DNA of 64,000 bases from Opitutales bacterium (lineage in GTDB: Bacteria; Verrucomicrobiota; Verrucomicrobiia; Opitutales; PNEW01), in contig OY829953.1 of assembly GCA_963692525.1 (NCBI GenBank), forward strand, positions 2,628,720-2,692,719, written 5' to 3'. Position 1 is the stretch's first letter. Every line of letters starts with the position of its first letter. Under the pieces are notes generated by a model. The model did not search any database. It saw only the letters and a program-made list of their open reading frames with translations, and was not told the origin of the DNA. Made by a program: the position numbers and the translations under genes. Shown here piece after piece: positions 50,081 through 58,477 of this stretch.

Positions 50081-50192
50081 AGGTGGAGCGGGCTGCCTGT
50101 CCGACATAGCCTTGGCGACGGCTGATCCCTAGCACGCTTTATTAAGTTATGATTATTCGGATACAACGCGGTAGTGACACCGCGTTCCACCT
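50081..50192. repeat. Hairpin element, family H2, 112-nt copy carrying an inserted module
   Basis: Same arms as 48534-48610. The left arm is interrupted by CTGTCCGACATAGCCTTGGCGACGGCTGA, a module also seen at 45520-45550, 53690-53720 and 57945-57970. Confidence 0.75.
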
Positions 50193-50381
50193 AATTAAAT
50201 AACATTTAAAACCTAACAAGCACGTTAGCGTTTATCCGTGTTATCCGCGGTTAATTCTTTCCCCAATCAGCAATCGGCTTTCGACGACCGAGAACTAAGC
50301 CCGTCTGCCGTCCATAGTCCCGCGTCTGCGGGACGATGGATGGACAGCCTCCAATTTGCATCGTTCTAACGATTGCTTAAA

Positions 50382-51170
50382 ATGAAAAGACAATTATATT
50401 TTAGAATGATGCGTGGATGTATTATCATTTCTTACTTATTGCTGTTCAGCTTTGCATTAGGTGCTGAGAATAGCCAATTAGCAGATCTAAAAGCGCGGGC
50501 AGAAAGGGGAGATGCCGAGGCTCAATATAACCTTGGGTCGCTGTATTATAAGGGGCAGGGTGTAGAGCAGGATTATACAGAAGCGCGCAATTGGTTTCAA
50601 AAAGCGGCTGAACAGAATCATGTTCGGGCTCAAAACAATCTTGGGATGATATATTATAAAGGACGAGGCGTGGAGCGGGATAATGCCGAAGCGGTTACCT
50701 GGTTTCGTAAATCGGCCGAACTTGGTCATGCCCAAGCTCAATACAACCTAGCGGGTTTATATTTTGAGGGCAAAGGGAAGGGAATAAAGCGCAATTATGA
50801 GGAATCCTTTAAATGGTATCTCAAAGCTGCGGATCAAGGTCACGCCAACGCTCAATATAGCATTGGTTTTATGTATGCTACGGGTAAAGGAGTACGACAA
50901 AATAATATGAAGGCGATAAGATGGTATCGCATCGCCGCCGAGCACAGACAAGCCGAAGCACAGTACAACCTGGGAGCAATGTATGCCCGGGGTGTTGGCG
51001 TAGACATGGATCACATCAAGGCCTACATGTGGTTCAGCATCGCTGGAGATCACTCCGACAGTGAGGACCAATTATATATCCTCAGTGAATTTCTCATAAC
51101 CCCCTCTCAAGTCAAGCAAGCCGAACGCATGGCCGAGAAATGGCGGTTAAAGTACGGGATGAAGAGGTGA
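50382..51170 (+). CDS. Sel1-like repeat (SLR/TPR) protein, secreted
   Basis: About six repeats of A.YNLG.MY..G.GV..D...A..W(F/Y).KAA..G...AQ. N-terminal hydrophobic signal. Start taken at ATG 50382. Confidence 0.85.
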   Translation: MKRQLYFRMMRGCIIISYLLLFSFALGAENSQLADLKARAERGDAEAQYNLGSLYYKGQGVEQDYTEARNWFQKAAEQNHVRAQNNLGMIYYKGRGVERDNAEAVTWFRKSAELGHAQAQYNLAGLYFEGKGKGIKRNYEESFKWYLKAADQGHANAQYSIGFMYATGKGVRQNNMKAIRWYRIAAEHRQAEAQYNLGAMYARGVGVDMDHIKAYMWFSIAGDHSDSEDQLYILSEFLITPSQVKQAERMAEKWRLKYGMKR

Positions 51171-51395
51171 AGAATTAGCGATTACGCGAACATGCGTATA
51201 TGCGTGAATGGGGCAAGTAACATCACTCTCTAAATCGGTAATCGCTTCATCGCATATACGCATTCACGCATGTGACGATGTCGAGCTACGCTCTCGGTAC
51301 GGATAGAGTTTCTAAAAGCACAATTTGCAAAAGATTAAATGAGAATTAAATCGCAGGATTAAGAGTAATGTAAGTTATGTGTAAACCGCCAGGCA

Positions 51396-51430
51396 CAATC
51401 CGCAATCCGAAATCAGCAATCCGCAATCGT
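51396..51430. repeat. Heptamer array CAATCCG-CAATCCG-AAATCAG-CAATCCG-CAATCGT, abutting the cyclase-1 stop codon
   Basis: Read directly. On the gene's sense strand it reads as CGATTG/CGGATTG units starting at the stop codon. Confidence 0.9.
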
Positions 51431-53448
51431 TATTCCTCTTCCAATCCTAAAATTTGCTTTCGCTTTTGTTCGAGAGCGATGAAGCGGGGCTCTGTCCGGA
51501 GGAAGTCAAATAGTGGTATAGAGAGGCGGCCCACATGTCTTCCCTCTTCAAAGGCTTGTTCAAGCGTTTCTAAGGTCTTTTCCTTCTGGCCTAAACTGGC
51601 GTAAAGGTAAAGTGTCCAACCCCTTTTTGCATAAATAATTTTCAATTCTGGTGAAGGAGACACGGGCTCTCCTGTCCGATTATGCTCTTCGACGAGCGAA
51701 ACATAGTGCTGCATAGCTTCTTTATTTTCACCTGCAAGCTCAGCCCAGCGATCCCACGCGTGTGTGGCATCCTCAAACTTATTAACAAATATATACGCAA
51801 CCCCTAAAAAATACCATGCACCAGCGTTGTAAGAGTCCAGCTCAAGCGCTTTCTGCAACAGTATAATAGCTGCGTTGTATTGCCGCGCATCTATGAGCGT
51901 CCTTCCTAGCGTTCCTGAGTAATGGTGTGAAAAGGGTTCGAGCTCATACGCCCTTCTTCTCTCAGCTAGGCCCTCGTCTAAGCGACCCGTCCGCAGTAGC
52001 ATCATCGCATAGAAATGGTGCGCTGGTACATACTTAGGATTAAGTTCAATGGCACGCTTATACTCCCTTTCAGCGCCTTTATAGTCTTTTAGGAAATTGT
52101 GTTTATAGAACCCGAAAGAAGCATGGGCTTCAGCAAGGTTTGGATCTAATGCTAATGCCTTCGTCACCGCCTCTTCGGCTTGTGCTTTAACATCGCTATA
52201 TTTAATCTCAGGCACTTTCATAGGAAGAAAATTGTAAACATCCGCGAGACCTGAATATGCGAGCGCGTAATTTGGATCCAAAACAATGGCCTCCTTAAAG
52301 TGTTTCATCGCGGTCATTAAATCTTCCTTCCCGTACCTTTTATTCCAATGATAACGGCCTATAAGGTAATGATCGTAGGCTTCGATGTTATCAGTATAGG
52401 TCTTGACCAAAGATGCACCCGCTTCACCCATGATCTCGACCTGAAGCGCTTGCGTTATTGCCTGTGCGATCTCATCCTGGATAGCGAAGATGTTCTTAAG
52501 CTCTCGATCATAGGTCTTCGACCAAAGATGAAAGCCATCGGCAACATTGTTAAGCTGTGCTGTGATCCTGATGGTGTTTCCTGCTTTTCGTATACTTCCC
52601 TCGAGCACAGTGGTAACGTTGAGCTGCTCGCCAATGATAGGAATATTGACATTTCCCTTAAACCTGAAAGATGAGGACCGAGCAGCTACCCGAAGTCCCT
52701 CGATCTGGGCAAGAGCGTTCAGGATTTCCTCCGCCATCCCCTCGCAGAAATATTCCTGGTCTTTCTCCGGGCTCATGTCGCGGAATGGAAGCACAGCGAT
52801 AGAGGGAATTTCAGTTTGAGGTTCCTCGTAAACCTGACGCCAAACAATAACAGAGAGTGCCGACAGAACTAACACAACTGCAACTGTCCATAGCCCTAGC
52901 TTATAGGATTTATCTTTTCCTGCGGCAGTTTTCTCAACATCCCAAAGCACCGCGTAAACGCGGACAGGTTCAGTAATATTTTTAACGGTGTGTTCACCAA
53001 GATTATTAAAGGTATATGAAAGCTTGTTTGCTATCTGGTCGTAGACCGTGCTCGAGACACAGATGCCTCCCCCATCGGCGAGACTCTCCACGCGCGCTGC
53101 CACGTTGACCCCGTCACCATAAATTCGATCGCCATCAACAATCACATCGCCAAGATTAATGCCGATGCGGTAGTTCATGCGGCGGTCCACAGGGAGACTC
53201 GCATTGCGTGCTCTTAACTCTCCCTGTATCACCACAGCACAGCGGACCGCATTCACCGCACTAGTGAATTCGGCGAGAAGATTATCACCGGGAGAATCGA
53301 TCACCCGGCCCTGGTGCTCCTCAATCTGCCGCCTCATCGCTTCCCGATATGTGTTGAGGGTTCTCACCGTCGCCTCCTCGTCTTCACCCATGAGGCGACT
53401 GTAACCCTCGACGTCAGCGCTGAGAATGGCTGTTAGTTTGCGTTCCAT
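51430..53448 (-). CDS. Class III nucleotidyl cyclase - TM - TolB-N-like - TPR protein (paralogue 1)
   Basis: Start taken at MERKLTAILSADVEGYSRLMG (ATG 53448), matching paralogue 2. Cyclase motifs SADVEGYS, PGDNLLAEF, YGDGVNVAARVES. One TM helix (LWTVAVVLVLSALSVIVW). PSIAVLPF..MSPEKDQEYF module. Several TPR-like repeats. Confidence 0.85.
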   Translation of the reverse strand: MERKLTAILSADVEGYSRLMGEDEEATVRTLNTYREAMRRQIEEHQGRVIDSPGDNLLAEFTSAVNAVRCAVVIQGELRARNASLPVDRRMNYRIGINLGDVIVDGDRIYGDGVNVAARVESLADGGGICVSSTVYDQIANKLSYTFNNLGEHTVKNITEPVRVYAVLWDVEKTAAGKDKSYKLGLWTVAVVLVLSALSVIVWRQVYEEPQTEIPSIAVLPFRDMSPEKDQEYFCEGMAEEILNALAQIEGLRVAARSSSFRFKGNVNIPIIGEQLNVTTVLEGSIRKAGNTIRITAQLNNVADGFHLWSKTYDRELKNIFAIQDEIAQAITQALQVEIMGEAGASLVKTYTDNIEAYDHYLIGRYHWNKRYGKEDLMTAMKHFKEAIVLDPNYALAYSGLADVYNFLPMKVPEIKYSDVKAQAEEAVTKALALDPNLAEAHASFGFYKHNFLKDYKGAEREYKRAIELNPKYVPAHHFYAMMLLRTGRLDEGLAERRRAYELEPFSHHYSGTLGRTLIDARQYNAAIILLQKALELDSYNAGAWYFLGVAYIFVNKFEDATHAWDRWAELAGENKEAMQHYVSLVEEHNRTGEPVSPSPELKIIYAKRGWTLYLYASLGQKEKTLETLEQAFEEGRHVGRLSIPLFDFLRTEPRFIALEQKRKQILGLEEE

Positions 53449-53570
53449 ATTCGATTGGTTCCGTTTATGCGCAATTTGCACTATAAGGAATTTATAAGCC
53501 TATTGATCACACCATCTAAGAGTCAATCAAAGCATTGCCGAATGCCGATTCGGGATATGAGAAGAGATAG

Positions 53571-53610
53571 CCACAAGAAGCACTACCAAAGCGCAGCGAG
53601 ATCTTCCAAA
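53571..53610 (+). repeat. 40-bp module CCACAAGAAGCACTACCAAAGCGCAGCGAGATCTTCCAAA (perfect inverted partner at 57973-58012)
   Basis: Reverse complement found verbatim at 57973-58012. Looser similarity extends about 90 nt further (GGAACTCA.GAACT...ATTAAAGAATG.TTAACCGCGGAGAC). Confidence 0.9.
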
Positions 53611-53787
53611 AGCACAGAAAAGAAATTAGGAACTCAAGAACTCAGTAATTAAAGAATGGTTAACCGCGGAGACACGGAGATCCAGCCGTCGCCAAGGCTT
53701 CAGCCGCCGCCAAGGCTATGGCCTGACAGGATGGACGACAAGCGGGCTTCGCCCTCAGTACTGATTGTCGATTGCGTTATTCTTTTT

Positions 53788-54012
53788 GTCATTGCGAGCG
53801 AAGCGTGGCTACCGAGCACAGCGACATCTTCCATTCCAGGGGGATAGTCATTGTGCATACGAATACCAATCTCCGCTCAGATCATTCCAATGAGGGTTCG
53901 TCTCTTTAATTGAGGTATTCGACCAGTTGAGAGTAAATTCTTACATCCATGAACATGCACTATGCAACAGACATCCCCTAGATTGCCGCGTCGCTTCGCT
54001 CCTCGCAATGAC
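53788..54012. mobile_element. MITE-like unit bounded by GTCATTGCGAG(C)GAAGCG terminal inverted repeats
   Basis: Left end GTCATTGCGAGCGAAGCG, right end CGCTTCGCTCCTCGCAATGAC (18/21 nt with a 3-nt indel), about 185 nt between them. A related half-site GTCATTGCGAGG...CGAAGCAATCC lies at 4886-4925. No target-site duplication was verified. Confidence 0.4.
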
Positions 54013-54086
54013 AATAGGGAGTAAGTGAAGGATAATCTTTGTGCCGCTTCATCGCTTTCACGCATACCCGCGTCTCCGCATAAAGC

Positions 54087-56150
54087 TTACAGCTTATGCG
54101 TAGCTCTTTCCTTAAGATAATGATAAAAGTCATACTGGGCGCGGACGGGTTTTTTGGCTAGGGATTTCTTGTAAGGGTTACTCTGTGTTTTATTGAGTCG
54201 TCTCGCCTTGGTGTTGTCCTTTAGCTGTAATTTAATCAGTGTCTGGATCTCTTTTTTGAGTTTCTTGTCTTTTATCGGAAATCCCACTTCGACCCGATGA
54301 CTGAGGTTCCTTGTCATCCAGTCAGCTGATGCGAGGTAGAGGAGATCCTCTCCTCCATGATGAAAAATATATATTCTGCCATGTTCGAGATAGCGATCGA
54401 TAATGCTGATAACCTTAATGTTCTCACTCAGGTTTTCTACTCCCGGGACCAAAGTGCAAAGTCCACGAATAATTATCTTAATTTTTACACCTGCATTGCT
54501 CGCTTCATACAGCTTATCAATCATCTTCTCATCTTGAAGGCTGTTCATTTTTAAAGTAATCTTCGCTTTAACACCGGCTTTTGCATTCGCGATTTCGGTA
54601 TCGATCAGTTCCTCAAAGCGCTGTCGCATATTAAACGGGGCGACAAGTAAATGCTCAAATTGTGGCTTTAATCCGGGGGTGGACAGAATATTAAAAACCT
54701 TATGGAGCTCGTTGGTGATCGCAGAATCTTTTGTCAGTAATGTATGGTCGCAATAAATATTTGCGGTCTTCTCGTTAAAATTACCTGTACTGAGGCAAGC
54801 ATAGTTGACGAGCTTTTCATTTTCACGCCGGGTGATGAGACAGATCTTACTATGAACCTTCAGCTCGGAGAAACTATAGAGTACTTTAACCCCCGCTTGC
54901 TGCATTTCCTCTCCCCAATAAATGTTAGTTTCCTCGTCGAAACGGGCCTTAACTTCATTGAATACTGTGACCGTCTTGCCATTTTTTGAAGCCCTGATCA
55001 GCGCCTTGCAAATCTTAGAGTCTGCAGCCACCCGGTACATCGTTATCTTTATTGATTCTACGTCGGGATCGACAGCTGCTTCCTCGAGAAACTCAACAAT
55101 GTGATTGTAGCTTTGGTAAGGGAAATGGAGGATAAAATCTTTTCTCGAAACAGCCTCAAAAAATGAATCATAATCCTTTAACTCGGGATGAACCAGGGCT
55201 TCAAACCGCTGATAAACCAGTTTTTGATTTTCAGGATAGGGAAAGCTGAAAAAGTCATGAAAATTATGATATCTGCCACCTGGGATTAGATCTTCTTTCT
55301 TTAATCCCAGACTTTTTCTTAATGGTTTTAATAGACTCTTTGGCATCGTCCCATCATAAAGAAACCGGGTAGGGGTTCCGGTGATGCGCTTATGAAGGCT
55401 TGCTTTAATCTTTTCGAGGACGGTATCGGTTATTTCTTCTTCAAGATAAAGTTCAGCATCGCGGGTAAGTTTTACCGCATAGGTGTTTTGAATCTCTTGA
55501 TCCGCATATATTTCATGCAGGAAGAGGCGTATAACATCAGATAATTGTATAACGACGTGCCGGTTCAATTCATCCGGCAAAACAATAAATCTAGGGGTTT
55601 TGTCCGATGGAATATTAAGTAAACCATATTCCAAAATGCTATCCAACTCATCCTTCTTAAAAGTGACAGCCATATAAAGTTCCCTGTTTTCTAAAAAAGG
55701 AGTGTCACTACCTTTATTAATAATTTTTGGGTCCAGGTAGGGAAGAACGCTCTCCTTAAAGTAATGACTAAGAAATTTCCGATGTTCTGGGGTTACTTCT
55801 CTATCATTTATTATAAAAATATTTTCATTTTGTAATGCAGGGATGATTGCTTCTCTAAAAATGGTCCCAAATTCCTGCTGCTGTTTATCTACTGTCTCAT
55901 TTATCTTATGGACTAAAATTTCTATAGAGCGATCAACTGCTACCCCTTCCTTTTTTTGTACGCGAATGAGAGAGCGATAAGAAGCGACTCTTACGCGGTA
56001 AAACTCATCGAGATTTGAAGAGAAGATGGCGAGGAACTTTAAGCGCTCGATTAAAGGGACCTTGTCATTCTGCGCTTCCTGCAATACCCGGTAATTAAAA
56101 GATAACCAGCTTAATTCCCGATTGAAGTATTTCCCTTTTTCAAGCTTCAT
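54087..56150 (-). CDS. ppk: Polyphosphate kinase 1
   Basis: 687 aa. N-terminal YFNRELSWLSFNYRVLQEA, two PLD-like HKD-type C-terminal domains (VHSKICLI...; ...HGRIYIF). Confidence 0.92.
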   Translation of the reverse strand: MKLEKGKYFNRELSWLSFNYRVLQEAQNDKVPLIERLKFLAIFSSNLDEFYRVRVASYRSLIRVQKKEGVAVDRSIEILVHKINETVDKQQQEFGTIFREAIIPALQNENIFIINDREVTPEHRKFLSHYFKESVLPYLDPKIINKGSDTPFLENRELYMAVTFKKDELDSILEYGLLNIPSDKTPRFIVLPDELNRHVVIQLSDVIRLFLHEIYADQEIQNTYAVKLTRDAELYLEEEITDTVLEKIKASLHKRITGTPTRFLYDGTMPKSLLKPLRKSLGLKKEDLIPGGRYHNFHDFFSFPYPENQKLVYQRFEALVHPELKDYDSFFEAVSRKDFILHFPYQSYNHIVEFLEEAAVDPDVESIKITMYRVAADSKICKALIRASKNGKTVTVFNEVKARFDEETNIYWGEEMQQAGVKVLYSFSELKVHSKICLITRRENEKLVNYACLSTGNFNEKTANIYCDHTLLTKDSAITNELHKVFNILSTPGLKPQFEHLLVAPFNMRQRFEELIDTEIANAKAGVKAKITLKMNSLQDEKMIDKLYEASNAGVKIKIIIRGLCTLVPGVENLSENIKVISIIDRYLEHGRIYIFHHGGEDLLYLASADWMTRNLSHRVEVGFPIKDKKLKKEIQTLIKLQLKDNTKARRLNKTQSNPYKKSLAKKPVRAQYDFYHYLKERATHKL

Positions 56151-56242
56151 AACCTCTCTTCACTGCAATTTGGTTGCGTTATTCTGATACTCGGTAAAGT
56201 TCCTCGGAAGGGGAGCGTCAAAGCACTGAGCGCACCGTATAA

Positions 56243-57421
56243 TCAACGATTAAGCGCCAGTTGGATGCCGAAAAGTATTACTGAGATTATCATCCCGTAC
56301 ATAAATATATTATAGCAGTAGGTGAGGTATTTATATTTCTTGCTCAATACTTTTCCCAGGGAATGAAAATCTCTTACCATTGATTTGTATAAGAAATCAC
56401 GATCATTCATCATTTCAGTTATTCCCTCTTCAAATTCCTCCAGCTTCATGCTGTGAATGTTGCCGAAGAACAACAGATTTGCCTCACGATTTTTAATATC
56501 CTCTTTCGTAAATACGCCATTCGGAACATTCGGCATTGCGGAAAGGATGGCAAAAACAATAGCTGAAAGCGAGACGATCAACATGACTCCCGTCGGTAAA
56601 ATTAATTCGGGGTAAGCAGCAAATTTTGGGACGAGATAGGGGAGGGAGAAGGTTAGGATGATGGCGTTAATAGTCAGCATAATATTTGCCTTATTATCGG
56701 CAATCGCGCTGAGATCGATGTGTGTTCGCGCAATCGTTCTGAACATCGTTTCAATTCCCCGTTGAGGGATGTCAGCTTTTTCTTTCTTTACCCGTAAATC
56801 TTCTTCCTTTCTTACCGTTTTGCTGAGTTCGGACTGGCATTTAACGATGTTTTTGGCTTTACCTTCACCGTATTTTAAATGCGCCCAGCGGGTATGGAAA
56901 TGGTGAGTGGTTAGTAGTTGAAGTTCCTCTTTTAACCACGCTTCGTTTGAAAATGTTTTGTTTTCATTCAACTCCAGCTCGGTTCGCAGTAACCTGGAAT
57001 TTTCTCTATAGCTGGATTGCCCCAGGCTACTTAAATCTGCATCACATAACACTTCTTCGAGGGCATTAGTTGGGGTTTGGGGCATTTTTGTTGCGTGTAT
57101 GCAGCCAACAACCTGCTCGATTTTCTCAGCTGGATAGTTTTCACCAACTAGAAAAGCTTTAGCCTGTTTGACGCTGACCTCCTCATGACTTTCGTAGCCT
57201 TCAATATAGCCCAGGTCATGAAACCACGCGGCAAGAGCTATGACCTCTTGCTCAGAGTCGTTTAATTTTACCCCCTCGCCGATTTCCTGGCAGGCTTTTA
57301 CGACATCATGCGTGTGTTTGTAATTGTGATAGGTCAGTTTGTTCGCTTGCGCAGATTTAATTGCGTCAAAGACATACCTGTCAGCCTTCTCGACTATCGC
57401 CCCCTGTGTTACTTCTGCCAT
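56243..57421 (-). CDS. HD-domain phosphohydrolase fused to a C-terminal 3-TM module resembling DUF5706/PycTM (Pycsar-effector-type)
   Basis: 392 aa. The HD domain shows YHNYKHTHDV and AAWFHDLGY. After a charged linker comes IETMFRTIARTHIDLSAIADNKANIMLTINAIILTF..., then two further TM helices. The family assignment of the C-terminus is by recall. Confidence 0.7.
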   Translation of the reverse strand: MAEVTQGAIVEKADRYVFDAIKSAQANKLTYHNYKHTHDVVKACQEIGEGVKLNDSEQEVIALAAWFHDLGYIEGYESHEEVSVKQAKAFLVGENYPAEKIEQVVGCIHATKMPQTPTNALEEVLCDADLSSLGQSSYRENSRLLRTELELNENKTFSNEAWLKEELQLLTTHHFHTRWAHLKYGEGKAKNIVKCQSELSKTVRKEEDLRVKKEKADIPQRGIETMFRTIARTHIDLSAIADNKANIMLTINAIILTFSLPYLVPKFAAYPELILPTGVMLIVSLSAIVFAILSAMPNVPNGVFTKEDIKNREANLLFFGNIHSMKLEEFEEGITEMMNDRDFLYKSMVRDFHSLGKVLSKKYKYLTYCYNIFMYGMIISVILFGIQLALNR

Positions 57422-57501
57422 GCCACTTACAGTTTAGAATTTACGTTATTAGATTTTGCTAAAGTTATTCTAAAAAGCAAATCCTTATCTATTTAATAGT
57501 T

Positions 57502-57530
57502 AACCACGAATGAACACGAATACAATATAA
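57502..57530 (-). repeat. 29-bp block AACCACGAATGAACACGAATACAATATAA (identical copy at 63632-63660), 80 nt upstream of the HD/PycTM-like gene
   Basis: Verbatim repeat. On the coding strand it reads TTATATTGT-ATTCGTG-TTC-ATTCGTG-GTT, a 7-mer direct repeat with a 10-bp period after a TATATT box. Confidence 0.85.
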
Positions 57531-57641
57531 GGAGTAGATAGAACCGCAGGGGCGCAGAGATCACAGAGAAAAGAAGAGTTGGCCACAAGAAGCACATAAG
57601 GCACAAAAAAATCTATAAAAGAAAGATTACGAAATACTATA

Positions 57642-57810
57642 AGGTGAAACACCGTGCTTGATTGCAATAGCTCAGAGGTTTTCTGAGCGTTGGATGTTCC
57701 TTGCCGTTTTTTTTAAATTTAGATTTAAAAAAACGCGTCAGGAAAAGCCGTTTCATCCCGCCCGCGAATGCTGACGGGATGACCTTGCGTTCAAGCACCG
57801 TGTTTCACCT
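57642..57810. repeat. Long-hairpin element, family H1, copy 2
   Basis: AGGTGAAACACCGTGCTTGA...TCAAGCACCGTGTTTCACCT termini (20 nt, 1 mismatch) with the same internal layout as copy 1. Confidence 0.8.
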
Positions 57811-57972
57811 GATTTAAACTCTAATGTATTCTCCGCGCTTGCCACGCAATAGCTCGATGTTGCAGCGGCGGGTCCTTAGTGTCTCCGCGGTTAATCATTC
57901 TTTAATTCCAAGTTCATGAGTTCCAAATTTCTCTCTTGCCTGCCGGTCATAGCCTTGGCGACGACTGGTGCC

Positions 57973-58012
57973 TTTGGAAGATCTCGCTGCGCTTTGGTAG
58001 TGCTTCTTGTGG
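57973..58012 (-). repeat. Inverted partner of the 53571-53610 module
   Basis: TTTGGAAGATCTCGCTGCGCTTTGGTAGTGCTTCTTGTGG is the exact reverse complement. Confidence 0.9.
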
Positions 58013-58041
58013 CTATTTCTTCTTCTTTCCCCAATCGGCAA

Positions 58042-58464
58042 TCAAATAGATTGTAACCGGATTTCGCGGCAGCGCTTTACGAGGAAGGTGATGATACCTT
58101 TAGCTACTTCAAAGTTATCATTCATGATTTCATACAGACTGTCGTGGTCTAAGCGGAGGAGGGTTGTGTCCTCGAGCGCGGTCACGGAGGCGACACGCGG
58201 TTCCGGTAAGAGCGCGGAGAGTTCGCCGAAGAGTTCTCTTTCGCCAATTTCTGCGAAGGTTTTTTCGTCGGCGTGGATGCGGACACGTCCGTCAACAATA
58301 ATATAAAGCGAGCGTCCCATATCATCTTTGGTAATGATCGCAGCGCCCTCTTTAACATTTTCCTCCTCTAAGATGGAGGCTACCTGGGTGAGGATGTTCT
58401 CGTCCACCTCGGAAAAGATATCCACCGTTTTCAATAAAATTACTTTTTCAATCGTCAGTAGCAT
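58042..58464 (-). CDS. Stand-alone cyclic-nucleotide-binding (CAP effector domain) protein
   Basis: 140 aa. LLKTVDIFSEVDENIL..., ...GERELFGELSALLPEPRVASVTALEDT matches the cNMP-binding phosphate-binding-cassette pattern (FGE..L......R.A.V.A). AAGGA lies 9 nt upstream of the ATG. Confidence 0.85.
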   Translation of the reverse strand: MLLTIEKVILLKTVDIFSEVDENILTQVASILEEENVKEGAAIITKDDMGRSLYIIVDGRVRIHADEKTFAEIGERELFGELSALLPEPRVASVTALEDTTLLRLDHDSLYEIMNDNFEVAKGIITFLVKRCREIRLQSI

Positions 58465-58477
58465 GGCAATATATCCT

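Noticed and set aside
53455-54065. ORFs 53455-53652 (+), 53656-53847 (+) and 53877-54065 (-) between cyclase 1 and ppk1
   Set aside because: They translate the 40-bp inverted-repeat module, the CGCCAAGGCT modules and the MITE-like ends. They were treated as repeat DNA, not genes.
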